DNA of 64,000 nt. Origin: Planctomycetota bacterium (GTDB lineage Bacteria > Planctomycetota > B15-G4). The notes beneath the pieces were generated by a model. It saw nothing but the letters and a program-made list of their open reading frames with translations, was not told the origin of the DNA and ran no database searches. Each line of letters begins with the position of its first letter. Position 1 is the stretch's first letter. Below are positions 19,052 to 28,716 of this stretch, in pieces. The position numbers were made by a program, and so were the translations under genes. Location: positions 51,403 to 115,402 of the forward strand of contig JBBQUR010000016.1 in NCBI GenBank assembly GCA_038212275.1, given 5' to 3'.

Positions 19052-20707
19052 ATGACCCGCCTGCACAGCACCTACGTCCGCGATGAGACCTCGGCCCGCG
19101 CCGCCCGCAAGACCTGGGCGCGCATGCTGGAGAGTTACGACCAGCAGGAAGCGAAGCTGCGCGAGGGCGGCGGCGCCAAGGCCATCGAGCGCCAGCACAA
19201 GAAGGGGCGGCTCACCGCGCGCGAGCGGATCGCGCTGCTGCTCGACAAGGACACGGAGCTGTTCGAGCTGGGTCTCTTTGCGGCGCACGGCATGTACGCG
19301 GAGTGGGGCGACGTGCCCGCCGCGGGTGTCGTCGCCGGCATCGGCACGGTGGCCGGCCGCCGCTTCATGATCATCGCGAACGACGCCACCGTGAAGGCGG
19401 GCGCGTTCTTCCCGATGACCGCCAAGAAGGTCATCCGCAACCAGCGCATCGCGCTCGACAACCACCTCCCGGTGCTCTACCTCGTGGACAGCGCGGGCGT
19501 CTTCCTCCCGCTTCAGGATGAGGTCTTCCCGGACGAGGACGACTTCGGGCGCGTCTTCCGCCACAACGCCGTGCTCTCCGCGCAGGGCATCAGCCAGACG
19601 GCCGCCATCATGGGCAGCTGCGTCGCCGGCGGCGCCTATCTGCCCGTCATGTGCGACACGCTGCTCATGACCGAGGGCAGCGGCCTGTATCTCGCGGGCC
19701 CCGCGCTGGTGAAGGCCGCCATCGGGCAGGAAGTGGACAGCGAGACGCTCGGCGGCGTCGGCATGCACAGCGCCGTGTCGGGCACGGTGGACTTCCGCGA
19801 GAAGGACGACGAGGCCGCTATTGCGCGGCTGCGCGCCATCGCGGGGCGCCTCGGGCCTGCAGGCCCCGCGCCGTTCAACCGCATCAAGGCCCGGCCGCCG
19901 CGCCTCGACGCCGAGGAGCTGGCCGGCATCGTCCCGCTGGAGGGCGGCAAGGGCTACGACATGCGCGAGGTCATCGCGCGCCTCGTGGACGACAGCGATT
20001 TCGACGAATACCGCGCCGAGTACGGCCGCACGCTGGTGACCGGCTTCGCGCGGCTGGGCGGCTGGGCCGTCGGCATCGTCGCCAACCAGCGCATCAACTC
20101 CATGAGCGCCGAGCACGGCATGGAGTTCGGCAGCGTGATCTACACCGAGAGCGCCGAGAAAGCCGCGCGCTTCATCATGGACTGCAACCAGAACCGGCTG
20201 CCGCTCGTGTTCCTGCACGACGTGTCGGGCTTCATGGTCGGGCGCGACGCGGAGCACAGCGGCATCATCAGGGCGGGCGCCAAGATGGTGAACGCCGTGG
20301 CCAACAGCGTGGTGCCGAAGATCTCCGTGATCGTCGGCGGCAGTTTCGGCGCCGGCCATTACGCGATGTGCGGCCGGGCCTACGACCCGCGCTTCCTCTT
20401 CGCGTGGCCGTCGGCGCGCTACGCCGTGATGAGCGGCGACGCCGCGGCCAAGACGCTGGTGGACATCCGCGTGGCGCAGCTCGAGCGCGACGGTCACCCC
20501 GTCGATCCGGACGGCCGCGAGAAACTGCTGCGCGAGACCAAGGCCCGCTACACCGAGGCGCAGGACCCGCGCTACGGCGCCGCGCGCCTCTGGGTGGACG
20601 CCATCATCCGCCCGGCCGACACGCGCGCCGCGCTCATCACCGCACTGGACGTCGCCGCGCTGAACCCCGACGTCCCGCCCTTCCGCACCGGCGTGCTGCA
20701 GTGCTGA
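19052..20707 (+). CDS. Acyl-CoA carboxylase carboxyltransferase (beta) subunit, methylcrotonyl-CoA carboxylase-like
   Basis: GRLTARERI, ANDATVKAG, LVDSAGVFLP, GSCVAGGAY, GGSFGAGHYAMCG. Confidence 0.93.
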   Translation: MTRLHSTYVRDETSARAARKTWARMLESYDQQEAKLREGGGAKAIERQHKKGRLTARERIALLLDKDTELFELGLFAAHGMYAEWGDVPAAGVVAGIGTVAGRRFMIIANDATVKAGAFFPMTAKKVIRNQRIALDNHLPVLYLVDSAGVFLPLQDEVFPDEDDFGRVFRHNAVLSAQGISQTAAIMGSCVAGGAYLPVMCDTLLMTEGSGLYLAGPALVKAAIGQEVDSETLGGVGMHSAVSGTVDFREKDDEAAIARLRAIAGRLGPAGPAPFNRIKARPPRLDAEELAGIVPLEGGKGYDMREVIARLVDDSDFDEYRAEYGRTLVTGFARLGGWAVGIVANQRINSMSAEHGMEFGSVIYTESAEKAARFIMDCNQNRLPLVFLHDVSGFMVGRDAEHSGIIRAGAKMVNAVANSVVPKISVIVGGSFGAGHYAMCGRAYDPRFLFAWPSARYAVMSGDAAAKTLVDIRVAQLERDGHPVDPDGREKLLRETKARYTEAQDPRYGAARLWVDAIIRPADTRAALITALDVAALNPDVPPFRTGVLQC

Positions 20708-20712
20708 GCCCC

Positions 20713-21195
20713 GTGGCCACCGGCCGCGTCCTGCAGATCAACCTCAGCGACGGCGGCGTGCCCAAGCGCCCGGTGCTCGCAGGCCTCGCCGTGCATGTCA
20801 CGCGCGACGGCATCCGCGGCGATCGCCAGCACGACCTGCGCCACCACGGCGGCCCGGACCGCGCCGTGTGCGTGTTCAGCGTGGACGTGATGGCGCGCCT
20901 CGCCGAGGAAGGCCACCCGATTGCGCCCGGCACCTCCGGAGAAAACCTCACGCTGGCGGGCCTCGACTGGGCCCACGTGCGGCCCGGCTGCCGGCTCGTC
21001 TTCGAGCGCGGCGTGGTGCTGGAGGCCACGGCCTTCGCGCCGCCCTGTCGGACCATCGCGGAAAGCTTCCGCGACGGCCAGTTCGAGCGCATCAGCGACA
21101 AGCGCCACCCGGCCGAGAGCCGCGTCTACTGCCGCGTGCTCACCGAGGGCGAACTGCGCGCGGGCGAGAGCGTCGTGGTGCTGGCCGGCGGCTGA
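20713..21195 (+). CDS. MOSC domain protein
   Basis: GGVPK, HHGGPDRAV, GENLT, PC motif, YCRVLTEG. Confidence 0.88.
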   Translation: MATGRVLQINLSDGGVPKRPVLAGLAVHVTRDGIRGDRQHDLRHHGGPDRAVCVFSVDVMARLAEEGHPIAPGTSGENLTLAGLDWAHVRPGCRLVFERGVVLEATAFAPPCRTIAESFRDGQFERISDKRHPAESRVYCRVLTEGELRAGESVVVLAGG

Positions 21196-21259
21196 GCCAT
21201 CCGCAGGGGGCGAGTCACTTGATCCGGTAAACTCCGCGGCGCACTCGCGGGGGAATGTC

Positions 21260-21487
21260 ATGCCGGATCGGGGTGGCTGCAGGGCGCACGCGGCGTTGCT
21301 GCTCGTGTTGTCGTGGGTGGCGTGGACGGCATGGACGGCATGGCCGGTGTGCGCGCAGCAGGCCGCGCCGCCGGCACAGGTCGACTCGTGGGACCCGCAG
21401 CTGGATCCGTGGGGTACGGAGGGCGGCCGGATCTACGCCACGTGCATGCTCGCGATGGCTGCCATGGAGGCCGCCCGGCACGACTGA
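21260..21487 (+). CDS. Small exported protein or internally deleted remnant of a prenyltransferase-repeat protein
   Basis: Signal peptide followed directly by SWDP..DPWGTEGGRIYATCM. Confidence 0.45.
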   Translation: MPDRGGCRAHAALLLVLSWVAWTAWTAWPVCAQQAAPPAQVDSWDPQLDPWGTEGGRIYATCMLAMAAMEAARHD

Positions 21488-21515
21488 TCGCGCCGCACGC
21501 TAGACTCGTCGCAGC

Positions 21516-22502
21516 ATGAGCCAGTTGAACGACGCGTCCGCCACCGTTGCCGTCTGCGAGACGCTGCGCGACGCGTGGCAGGGGCTGCCACACGTGGTGC
21601 CGACCGCGCAGAAGATCGCGTTCGCGCAGCGGCTGCTCGACCTCGGCTTCACGCGGCTGGACGTCGGCTCCTTCGTCTCGCCGCGGCGCGTGCCGACGAT
21701 GGCGGACACCGAGGCACTGCTCGCCGGACTGCGCGTGCCGGCCGGCGCGCGGCTCACGGCGCTCGTCGCCAGCGAGTCCGGGCTGCAGCGGCTGCTCGCC
21801 GCGCGCTGCGCAAGTGGCTGCGCGACCGCGGGCACCAACGCGGGCACCAACGCGGGCACCGCCGGCGGCGCGACCGTTGGCACGACCAGCGGCGCGACCG
21901 CAGGCGGCCCCGGCGTGAGCGAGGTCCTGTATCCGTTCTCATTGTCCGAGACCTTCCAGCGCCGCAACACCGAGCGCGGACGCGCCGAGGCCTTCGCGCT
22001 GCTGGAGTCCGTCGTGTCCGGCGCGCACGGCGCGGGCCGCACGGTCTACGCCACCATCTCCATGGCCTTCGGCAACAATGAGGGCGACGCCTTCGATCCG
22101 GTCGAGCTGCGCGAGTGGGTGGCGCGCATGCACGCCGCCGGGGTCGATCGCGTGGGGCTCGCGGACACGACGGCGATGGCCACGCCGCAGAGCATCGCCG
22201 CGATCTACGCGGCGGTCATGCGCGATGCGCGCTGGCCCGTGCCGGGCGCCCACCTGCACGTCTCGGCGCAGAACCAGCGCGTCCTCGTGGACGCGGTGCT
22301 CGACGCCGGCTGCCGCGATCTTGACGCGGCGCTCGGCGGTCTCGGCGGCTGCCAGTTCGCGAAGGGCGCGCTGAGCAACGTGTCCACGCTGCCGCTTGCA
22401 CGACATCTCGCGGAGCGCGGGCTGCGGCTCGACCTGCCGGCCGCCGCGCTTGCCGCGCTGCCCGAGCTGGACGCCGCCGCGCAGGCGCTCGCGGCGGGAT
22501 GA
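21516..22502 (+). CDS. Hydroxymethylglutaryl-CoA lyase
   Basis: RDAWQG, GSFVSPRRVP, LADT, HLH, GGLGGCQFA, NVST. Confidence 0.88.
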   Translation: MSQLNDASATVAVCETLRDAWQGLPHVVPTAQKIAFAQRLLDLGFTRLDVGSFVSPRRVPTMADTEALLAGLRVPAGARLTALVASESGLQRLLAARCASGCATAGTNAGTNAGTAGGATVGTTSGATAGGPGVSEVLYPFSLSETFQRRNTERGRAEAFALLESVVSGAHGAGRTVYATISMAFGNNEGDAFDPVELREWVARMHAAGVDRVGLADTTAMATPQSIAAIYAAVMRDARWPVPGAHLHVSAQNQRVLVDAVLDAGCRDLDAALGGLGGCQFAKGALSNVSTLPLARHLAERGLRLDLPAAALAALPELDAAAQALAAG

Positions 22503-23926
22503 GCAGTTCGTCTGGCGACGCTCGCGCGCCGTCGAGTGATCGCGGCAGCGACGGCGGCGGCGACGACGGCGGCGACAGCGGCCGCGCGCGCGTCGGTCGC
22601 TCCGCGTGGGGTGCGTGGGCGCTCCTGGTGGCCGTGGGCATCGCGATCGTTCTCGTGGTGCCTCGCTCGGAGTGGTTCCAGATCAGTTTCCTGCCGGCGG
22701 CGTATGCGGACTCGGACTACGAGCTGCACTGGGCCGCGTCGCAGGCGCTGATCCGCGGACAGGATCCGTACGACCAGGAGACCGTGGCCCCGTTCGGCGC
22801 CGCAACGGGCCGGACGTACACGCCCTTCTGCGCCGCGTTTCCGCTCATGGTGCGCCTGTTCGCGCTGACGGGCGGCAAGGACGTCGAGCACTTCGAGGAG
22901 GGTTATCGCGCGACGCGGGCGATCAACCTCGGGCTGCTGCTGGTGTCGGTGCTTCTGCTCGCGGGAGTTCTCCGGAACGCGACGTGCGGACGCGCCTCCG
23001 TGCACGCTGCCGCGGCGCTTGCGGCTGCGGCGGGCCTGCTCGCGTTCAACGACGGCACGTGGATGGCGCTGCACTACAACCAGCTCAACTTCCTCGCACT
23101 CGCGGCGGTGTGCGGCGCGCTCTGCGCGGCGCAGCGCGGGCGGCCGGGCGCCGAGGGCGCGTTGCTCGCGGTCGCCGCGCTGGCCAAGACCTCGCCGGCG
23201 CTGCTCATCGTCGTCGCGGCGATGGCGGGGCGCTGGCGCACGGTGCGCGCGGCGGCGCTCACGGCCGTCGCTCTCGGGGCGTTGTCCGTGGCGTGGAACG
23301 GATGGGCCGCGCACGTCTCGTGGCTGGCCATGGTCGACCGCGAACTCGGATACGTCGCGACGTTGCGCCCGGGCTTCTTCAACAACAGTCTTCACGCGTG
23401 GAATCTGTCGCCCAACGGCGCGTTGTCGCGGGCCGGCAACGTGGCTGGCTGGTCTTCGGCCATCGTGCGCGCCGCCGTGTGGGCCGTCACGGTCACGGTG
23501 CTCGCGACGCTCTGGATCGCCGTGCGCCGCTCCGTGACCGCCGGCCGCAGCCGCGCCGACAGCGGTGATGCCGAGGCCCGTGCGCTCGCGGCGCGCATCC
23601 TGTTCGCGCAGTACGCGCTGGGCGTGTGCGCGTCGGTGCTCGTGTCGAGCGTGACGTGGAGTCCGCATCTCTCGCTTGCCGTGGTGCCGGCCCTGTGGTT
23701 CGTGCAGATCTCGTGGTCGGGGCCCGCGCCTCACGTGAAGGCCTGGTTGCTGGCCGGCGGGCTGGCCTACGCGATGCTCTGTCTGCCGCTTGGCACCTTC
23801 GGCACGCCATGGGATGTGCGCCGCGACGTCGACCTCAAGCTCGCCGCGTGCGCGCTGCTTTTCCTGGCGACGTGGTTCCTGGCGGCCGACGAGCCGCTCA
23901 ACTCTCCGCGCCACGGCGGCCGATGA
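22499..23926 (+). CDS. GT-C fold glycosyltransferase (GT87/DUF2029-like)
   Basis: SDYELHWAAS...GQDPY, NQLN, LAKTSP, TWSPH and multiple TM helices. Confidence 0.75.
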   Translation: MSSSSGDARAPSSDRGSDGGGDDGGDSGRARVGRSAWGAWALLVAVGIAIVLVVPRSEWFQISFLPAAYADSDYELHWAASQALIRGQDPYDQETVAPFGAATGRTYTPFCAAFPLMVRLFALTGGKDVEHFEEGYRATRAINLGLLLVSVLLLAGVLRNATCGRASVHAAAALAAAAGLLAFNDGTWMALHYNQLNFLALAAVCGALCAAQRGRPGAEGALLAVAALAKTSPALLIVVAAMAGRWRTVRAAALTAVALGALSVAWNGWAAHVSWLAMVDRELGYVATLRPGFFNNSLHAWNLSPNGALSRAGNVAGWSSAIVRAAVWAVTVTVLATLWIAVRRSVTAGRSRADSGDAEARALAARILFAQYALGVCASVLVSSVTWSPHLSLAVVPALWFVQISWSGPAPHVKAWLLAGGLAYAMLCLPLGTFGTPWDVRRDVDLKLAACALLFLATWFLAADEPLNSPRHGGR

Positions 23927-24251
23927 CGCGGCATCCGCTCCGCCCGACCCGGAGACCCGCATGATCAGGCGACTCGGCATCGCGCTCACGACGCTGGGCG
24001 GCGTTCGTCGCCTGTGGCCTGCCGCTCCGGCCTGTCCCGTACAGCGACGTGAGCCTGCCTGGCAATCCATCCGGCGTCACGTGGTTGCTGCTGGCGGCGT
24101 TCGTCGCCGGCGTGGCGGATCGCATGCTGCGGAACTCCGCGCGCACGTCGATCCTCGCGGTCGCCGCAGGCTTCGGGCGTGAAGACGCTCGGTCAGCCCT
24201 CGGTGATGCTGCTTCTCGACAGCTCGTTCTGACCCGCAGCGCCGGCGCGCG

Positions 24252-25478
24252 TCACCTGCCCTGCCGCTCCGGCGCGGCGGCGTCCAGCTTCGCGAGGCTT
24301 CGGGCGTAGCTCTCGATGCCGGAGCGCGCGCTCAGGCCGTGGAGCAGGATGCTGAGCAGCACGGTCACGACGACGGTGAGGCGGATGACTGGCTCGCCGG
24401 GCTCGGGCGGGCCCTGCTCCAGGAAGACGAGGCCGAGCACGATGGACGCGAGGCCGCGTGGTCCGAACCAGCCCATGAAGAGCACGGTCGCACGCGAGAG
24501 TTTCGTGCCGGCGAGCGCGAGCGCCACGGGCAGCATGCGCACGAGGGTGAGGCTGAGCAGCGCGTAGAGCAGGTGCGGCGCGGCGAAGAGGCGCCAGTCC
24601 CGCGCGACGACCATGCCGAAGCAGAAGAAGACGGCGAGGTTGAGGACCTGGCCCCACTCGTCGGCGAACTCGACGCTGTGCTTGCCGGCCTCCTTGTAGC
24701 GGACCTGCACGACGAGGCCGGCGACGAAGGACGCGATGAACATGCTCGCGCCCACAGGCTTGCACGCGAGCACGCAGGCCAGCGGCAGGGCGACGACGGC
24801 GAGCTGCCGCGCGGAGTCCGCCATCCACCCCCGCCGCGCGGCCGCGGCGAGCAGCCATCCGCCGCAGAGGCCGATGGCGATGCCGATGAGCGCGCCCAGG
24901 CCGAGCTGCTCCCCGACGAAGCGCGCGAGATTGGCCTCGTGCGTGGCGATGCCGCCCGTCGTTGCCAGCGCCATGAAGAAAAGGAGGAAGGGCACGGAGA
25001 GCCCGTCGTTGAGGCCGGCCTCGACGTTGAGCGCACGGCGGATGCGCTCCGGGACACGCGGGCTGTTCACGATGACCTGCCCAAGGCCCGCGTCCGTCGG
25101 CGCGAGGATGGCTGCGAGGATGCCCGCTTCCCAGAACGAGAACTGCGGGAAGACGAGCAGCGCGGCAAGTGCGCCGAGCAGGATCGTCAGCAGCATGCCC
25201 GTGCCGAGCAGGCGCATCGGCAGGCTGTGCCGGATCCGCAGCGCACCGAGGTCCGTACGGCTCGCGTCGGTGAAGAGCAGCAGCACGAGGCCGATCTCGG
25301 CGACGTGAAGGAACACGCCGGCCTGGCCCTCCGCCCATTTCATGTCACCTGTCACGAGGAGCAGCGCGAAGCCCGCCACGGTGAACACGATGGGCGGCGT
25401 GAGCACGCTTCGCTCCAGCCGCCCGGAGACGAGGCTGTGGACGAAGACGAGCGCGAGAAACGCGGCGACGAGACTCAC
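24252..25478 (-). CDS. CPA1 (NhaP-type) cation:proton antiporter
   Basis: LAPTDAGLG, NVEAGLNDG, GWFGPRGLAS. Confidence 0.92.
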   Translation of the reverse strand: MSLVAAFLALVFVHSLVSGRLERSVLTPPIVFTVAGFALLLVTGDMKWAEGQAGVFLHVAEIGLVLLLFTDASRTDLGALRIRHSLPMRLLGTGMLLTILLGALAALLVFPQFSFWEAGILAAILAPTDAGLGQVIVNSPRVPERIRRALNVEAGLNDGLSVPFLLFFMALATTGGIATHEANLARFVGEQLGLGALIGIAIGLCGGWLLAAAARRGWMADSARQLAVVALPLACVLACKPVGASMFIASFVAGLVVQVRYKEAGKHSVEFADEWGQVLNLAVFFCFGMVVARDWRLFAAPHLLYALLSLTLVRMLPVALALAGTKLSRATVLFMGWFGPRGLASIVLGLVFLEQGPPEPGEPVIRLTVVVTVLLSILLHGLSARSGIESYARSLAKLDAAAPERQGR

Positions 25479-26356
25479 TGGCTCTCGATGCCCAGCCTCA
25501 TGCTCACAAGCATGCTGAAGGGCTGCGTGTCTTCCTTGTCTGCAGCCTCCGCCTTCATGCTCGTCTTGACGGCCAGGCTTCCGTTGACGAATCCGACCTT
25601 GTCGAGTGCCAGCTGGAGGTTGCCTGATCCGGTGTTTTCAAAGGAGATCAATCGGATCCGCTCGGTCGGCGTGCCGGGCGGGACGAAGACCTGTGCAGGT
25701 GCCTTCAGGGACACCGCAAACGAGACGGAGACCATGTTCCCCTCGATGCCGGTGAGCGTGCAGGTCGAGCGCTGCCGGACGTCCATGCCGTCGAGAACAA
25801 GGTTTTCCTCGACCTGCCATCGAGCTCCGATGCCGACAGGCTCCTCCGGCAGCGTCCAGGCCGAGGCGACGAGCGACTGGTTCATCCCCCCGAGCGCCTG
25901 CTGCTCAGGCGTCAGCGACTCCTGGTTGATGATCCCCTGCTCCTTGATGACGCCTCGGTGGCTCTCCACGACGAACCAGCCGAGCCCCTCCAACGCCTTG
26001 AGAAAGGCTTGCGCTCCCTCGGAATCCGCCGAGACCTTGCGGACGAAGCTCTCGAAGCGGATGTCGTTCCCGGGCGTGACGTCGACGACCTCGGTGTCGA
26101 ACCAGATGCGCGCGGCGTGAGTGGTCGAGTCCGCGGGCGTCGCCTCATCGGAGGACGCGGGCGTCTCGATCTCGAAGGTGAACAAGGTGGATGACTTGTC
26201 GCCGGGCCGGGCTTGCAGCCGGAGCTCGGTGAGCGGGGCTCGGCCCGGGCCGAGGAGAGTGACACTCACGGTGCCCACGCCTGGCGCGGTCGCGGCGGGG
26301 CCGGCGCACCCGAGGCCGACGAGAATCGCGGAGCAGAGCAATGACCTGGGAGACAT
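25475..26356 (-). CDS. Hypothetical lipoprotein (DUF6263-like beta-sheet protein)
   Basis: GGAGG RBS, lipobox LGC, LPEEPVGIGARW motif. Confidence 0.7.
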   Translation of the reverse strand: MSPRSLLCSAILVGLGCAGPAATAPGVGTVSVTLLGPGRAPLTELRLQARPGDKSSTLFTFEIETPASSDEATPADSTTHAARIWFDTEVVDVTPGNDIRFESFVRKVSADSEGAQAFLKALEGLGWFVVESHRGVIKEQGIINQESLTPEQQALGGMNQSLVASAWTLPEEPVGIGARWQVEENLVLDGMDVRQRSTCTLTGIEGNMVSVSFAVSLKAPAQVFVPPGTPTERIRLISFENTGSGNLQLALDKVGFVNGSLAVKTSMKAEAADKEDTQPFSMLVSMRLGIESQ

Positions 26357-26646
26357 GCATTCCTCCTGAAGCCCGATGGCGTGGGGGCAGCCCGAAGCGC
26401 GTGCCATCGTAGCGCCGCGGCCCCTCGCGAGAGCCGGCGACGGCGGAAGGCGCGATGACCGCGGCCTCTTCCACGCGCTCCCGCACCGGCACCGCCCGCA
26501 TTCGCCCGCAGTCACCAGCACCGCCGGCACTGCCCGAAGTCACCGGCAGTCACCAGCACCGCCCTCAGTTGCTGCGCAGCAATCGGAGTGTCATCAGACG
26601 GCTCGCCCCGGACGGGATACGCTGCCCGCCCCCTAGGAGAGTCCCC

Positions 26647-27585
26647 ATGAGAGCAGCGATCGTCTTCGTGCTGATGGCCGCCAGCGCGGCTGCCCAATCG
26701 GGCCTGATCCAGAACGCTGCCCAGCTGGAGGCGACGCTCGGTGACAAGCTGCAGCTCGAGGACTTCGAGGGCCTCAGCCTCGCGGGCGGCACCTCGACGC
26801 CCGCGCCCAATCCGCTGAATGCCGGAACCAAGCCGTCATGGCATCTGCTCTCCGGCGTGAGCTACGACTCGACTCACAACCTCGGCATGTACACCGGCCA
26901 GCTTCTGGGTGACGACAGCAACATCCTCGCCGGCGTCGGCAGCAGCACGAACGACGTCACGATCACGTTCGACGCGCCGCAGCTCGCCGTCGGCTTCTAC
27001 CTCGTGGACATCACGGGCAATCTTGCCTACCACGAGACGATCACCTTCCTGCGCGGCGCGACGGTGGTCGGCACGACCAGCCTCGTGCTGCCCAGCGCGA
27101 GCGAGCACTTCATCGGCTGGCAGGACGCGTCCGGCATCACCTCCGCACGCGTGACCTCCGATGCCTTCGCGATGGTCGACAACGTGATGTGGGGTGTCGC
27201 CGTGGCTCCTGTGGGTGTCTGGTCGAGCCTCGGCTCGGGCCTCGCCGGAGTCAGCGGCGTGCCGGGCCTGACCGGCTCGGGGACGCTCGCCGCGGGGTCC
27301 TCGGGCAGCCTCTCGCTGATAGCAGCGAAGCCGTCGGCGCCGGTGTTGCTGTTCGTGTCGGCATCGAGCAGCCCCGTGCCGTTCAAGGGCGGAACGCTGG
27401 TGGCCTTCCCGTACCTCGTGACGGTGCCGCTGAGCACCAGCGGCAGCGGGGCGCTGCTGCTGCCGTTCACGTGGCCGTCCGGGCTGCCCGCCGCGACGAC
27501 GGTCGTCTTCCAGTACGCCGTCCAGGACGCGGCGGCCGTGAAGGGCGTGGCGCTGAGCAATGCGCTGCAGGCCCTCACGCCGTAG
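26647..27585 (+). CDS. Secreted beta-sandwich protein with the shared ~120-aa C-terminal domain
   Basis: AGGAG RBS, signal peptide, EDFEG/ITFD..AVGF/FIGW/VDNV domain, then a GxGxxG..P.L.GSG...LSNAL tail. Confidence 0.8.
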   Translation: MRAAIVFVLMAASAAAQSGLIQNAAQLEATLGDKLQLEDFEGLSLAGGTSTPAPNPLNAGTKPSWHLLSGVSYDSTHNLGMYTGQLLGDDSNILAGVGSSTNDVTITFDAPQLAVGFYLVDITGNLAYHETITFLRGATVVGTTSLVLPSASEHFIGWQDASGITSARVTSDAFAMVDNVMWGVAVAPVGVWSSLGSGLAGVSGVPGLTGSGTLAAGSSGSLSLIAAKPSAPVLLFVSASSSPVPFKGGTLVAFPYLVTVPLSTSGSGALLLPFTWPSGLPAATTVVFQYAVQDAAAVKGVALSNALQALTP

Positions 27586-27635
27586 TCCGCGCGGCGATCG
27601 TATAACCTGCGCGACCGATCCGGTGCAGCAGCAGC

Positions 27636-27729
27636 AGGAGGGGGCGCGCGCGAGGCGCCCCGTGCCGACCGGACGCAGCATGAGGAGGGGGCGCGCGCGA
27701 GGCGCCCCGTGCCGACCGGACGCAGCATG
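27636..27729. repeat. Two identical 47-bp tandem units, each with a REP-like hairpin
   Basis: AGGAGGGGGCGCGCGCGAGGCGCCCCGTGCCGACCGGACGCAGCATG x2, with a GGGGCGC/GCGCCCC stem. Confidence 0.85.
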
Positions 27730-27752
27730 CCGGACACGTCGGGAGGTCGCGC

Positions 27753-28661
27753 GTGAAGACAATTCAGCATCACTTGTTCCGCGGCGCCGGGAGCATGGCC
27801 CTGGCGTTGCTCGCCGGTTGCGCGAGCAGCAAGGGGCCAGACCTCCTGACGTCCTACCGGCCGCCGGCCGCGGGCGAGTCCCTGCCGCCGCAGTTCTGGA
27901 ACGAGGCGGCCTCCGCCGCCGGCGAGTCCGGCTACGAGGCCAGCTACTGGTTCCTTCCCACGTGGATCAGGGGACAGAGCACCGAGGTCGCGCCGAGCGG
28001 TGACAGCGTCTCGTCCAGGGGCGCAACGGTCGTCAACCCGGGCCTGCTCGTCCTGCCGTGGCTGCCGCTCTGGATCTCCGTGGACGAACAGCGCGACGGG
28101 AAGTCCGGCAAGCGCGAGACGAACAGCATGAGCTGGTCACCGCTGCACACGTCCAACGACGACGCGGGCTGGCCTGCCGACGAGCCCGCCATCCGCGCAT
28201 CGGGCTGGCCGCTGCTCTACGGGCGCTTCACTTACGGCACTGCCGCCGACGCGCCGCAGCTCGAGATGAACAACACGCTGTGGACGCTCGGCCCGTCGTG
28301 GGGAACCGCCGACCTGAAGACTGAGGACGGAGCCGTGAAGGGATGGTTCTGCGTGCCGATCTTCGCCGCGGGGCTCGGTTCGCTCGCGTGGTTTTCGGCG
28401 TCGTTCACCACGCCGACCGAGGAAGTCACCGCTCACGGCCCGCTGCAGGGCTGGCTCGGCTACCACTCGGTCGTCGATCACGAGGAGGACGACTTCAGCC
28501 GCGCCGTGGTGGGCGGCGTGCTCTGGTGCGACTGGGCCAACGCCGCCGACCCCGAGCAGGCGACGGACTCGCACCACGGCCCGCTGTGGGGCATGTTCGG
28601 CTGGGGTCGCTCGGACGGCGAGCCCGCGCTCTACCTGCTCTGGATACCGATCAAGGTCTGA
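27753..28661 (+). CDS. Hypothetical Trp/Pro-rich lipoprotein
   Basis: Lipobox LAGC and repeated W-P-L/GPLW short motifs. Confidence 0.7.
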   Translation: MKTIQHHLFRGAGSMALALLAGCASSKGPDLLTSYRPPAAGESLPPQFWNEAASAAGESGYEASYWFLPTWIRGQSTEVAPSGDSVSSRGATVVNPGLLVLPWLPLWISVDEQRDGKSGKRETNSMSWSPLHTSNDDAGWPADEPAIRASGWPLLYGRFTYGTAADAPQLEMNNTLWTLGPSWGTADLKTEDGAVKGWFCVPIFAAGLGSLAWFSASFTTPTEEVTAHGPLQGWLGYHSVVDHEEDDFSRAVVGGVLWCDWANAADPEQATDSHHGPLWGMFGWGRSDGEPALYLLWIPIKV

Positions 28662-28716
28662 GCGACGTCGGGAGCGTTCGCAGGGCACGCTGCGGAGCGG
28701 CGCCCGGCGTCCGGCC

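Noticed and set aside
23961..24250. Short hydrophobic ORF fragments between the GT87-like and antiporter genes
   Set aside because: Possibly a decayed membrane gene, but no family motif supports a call.
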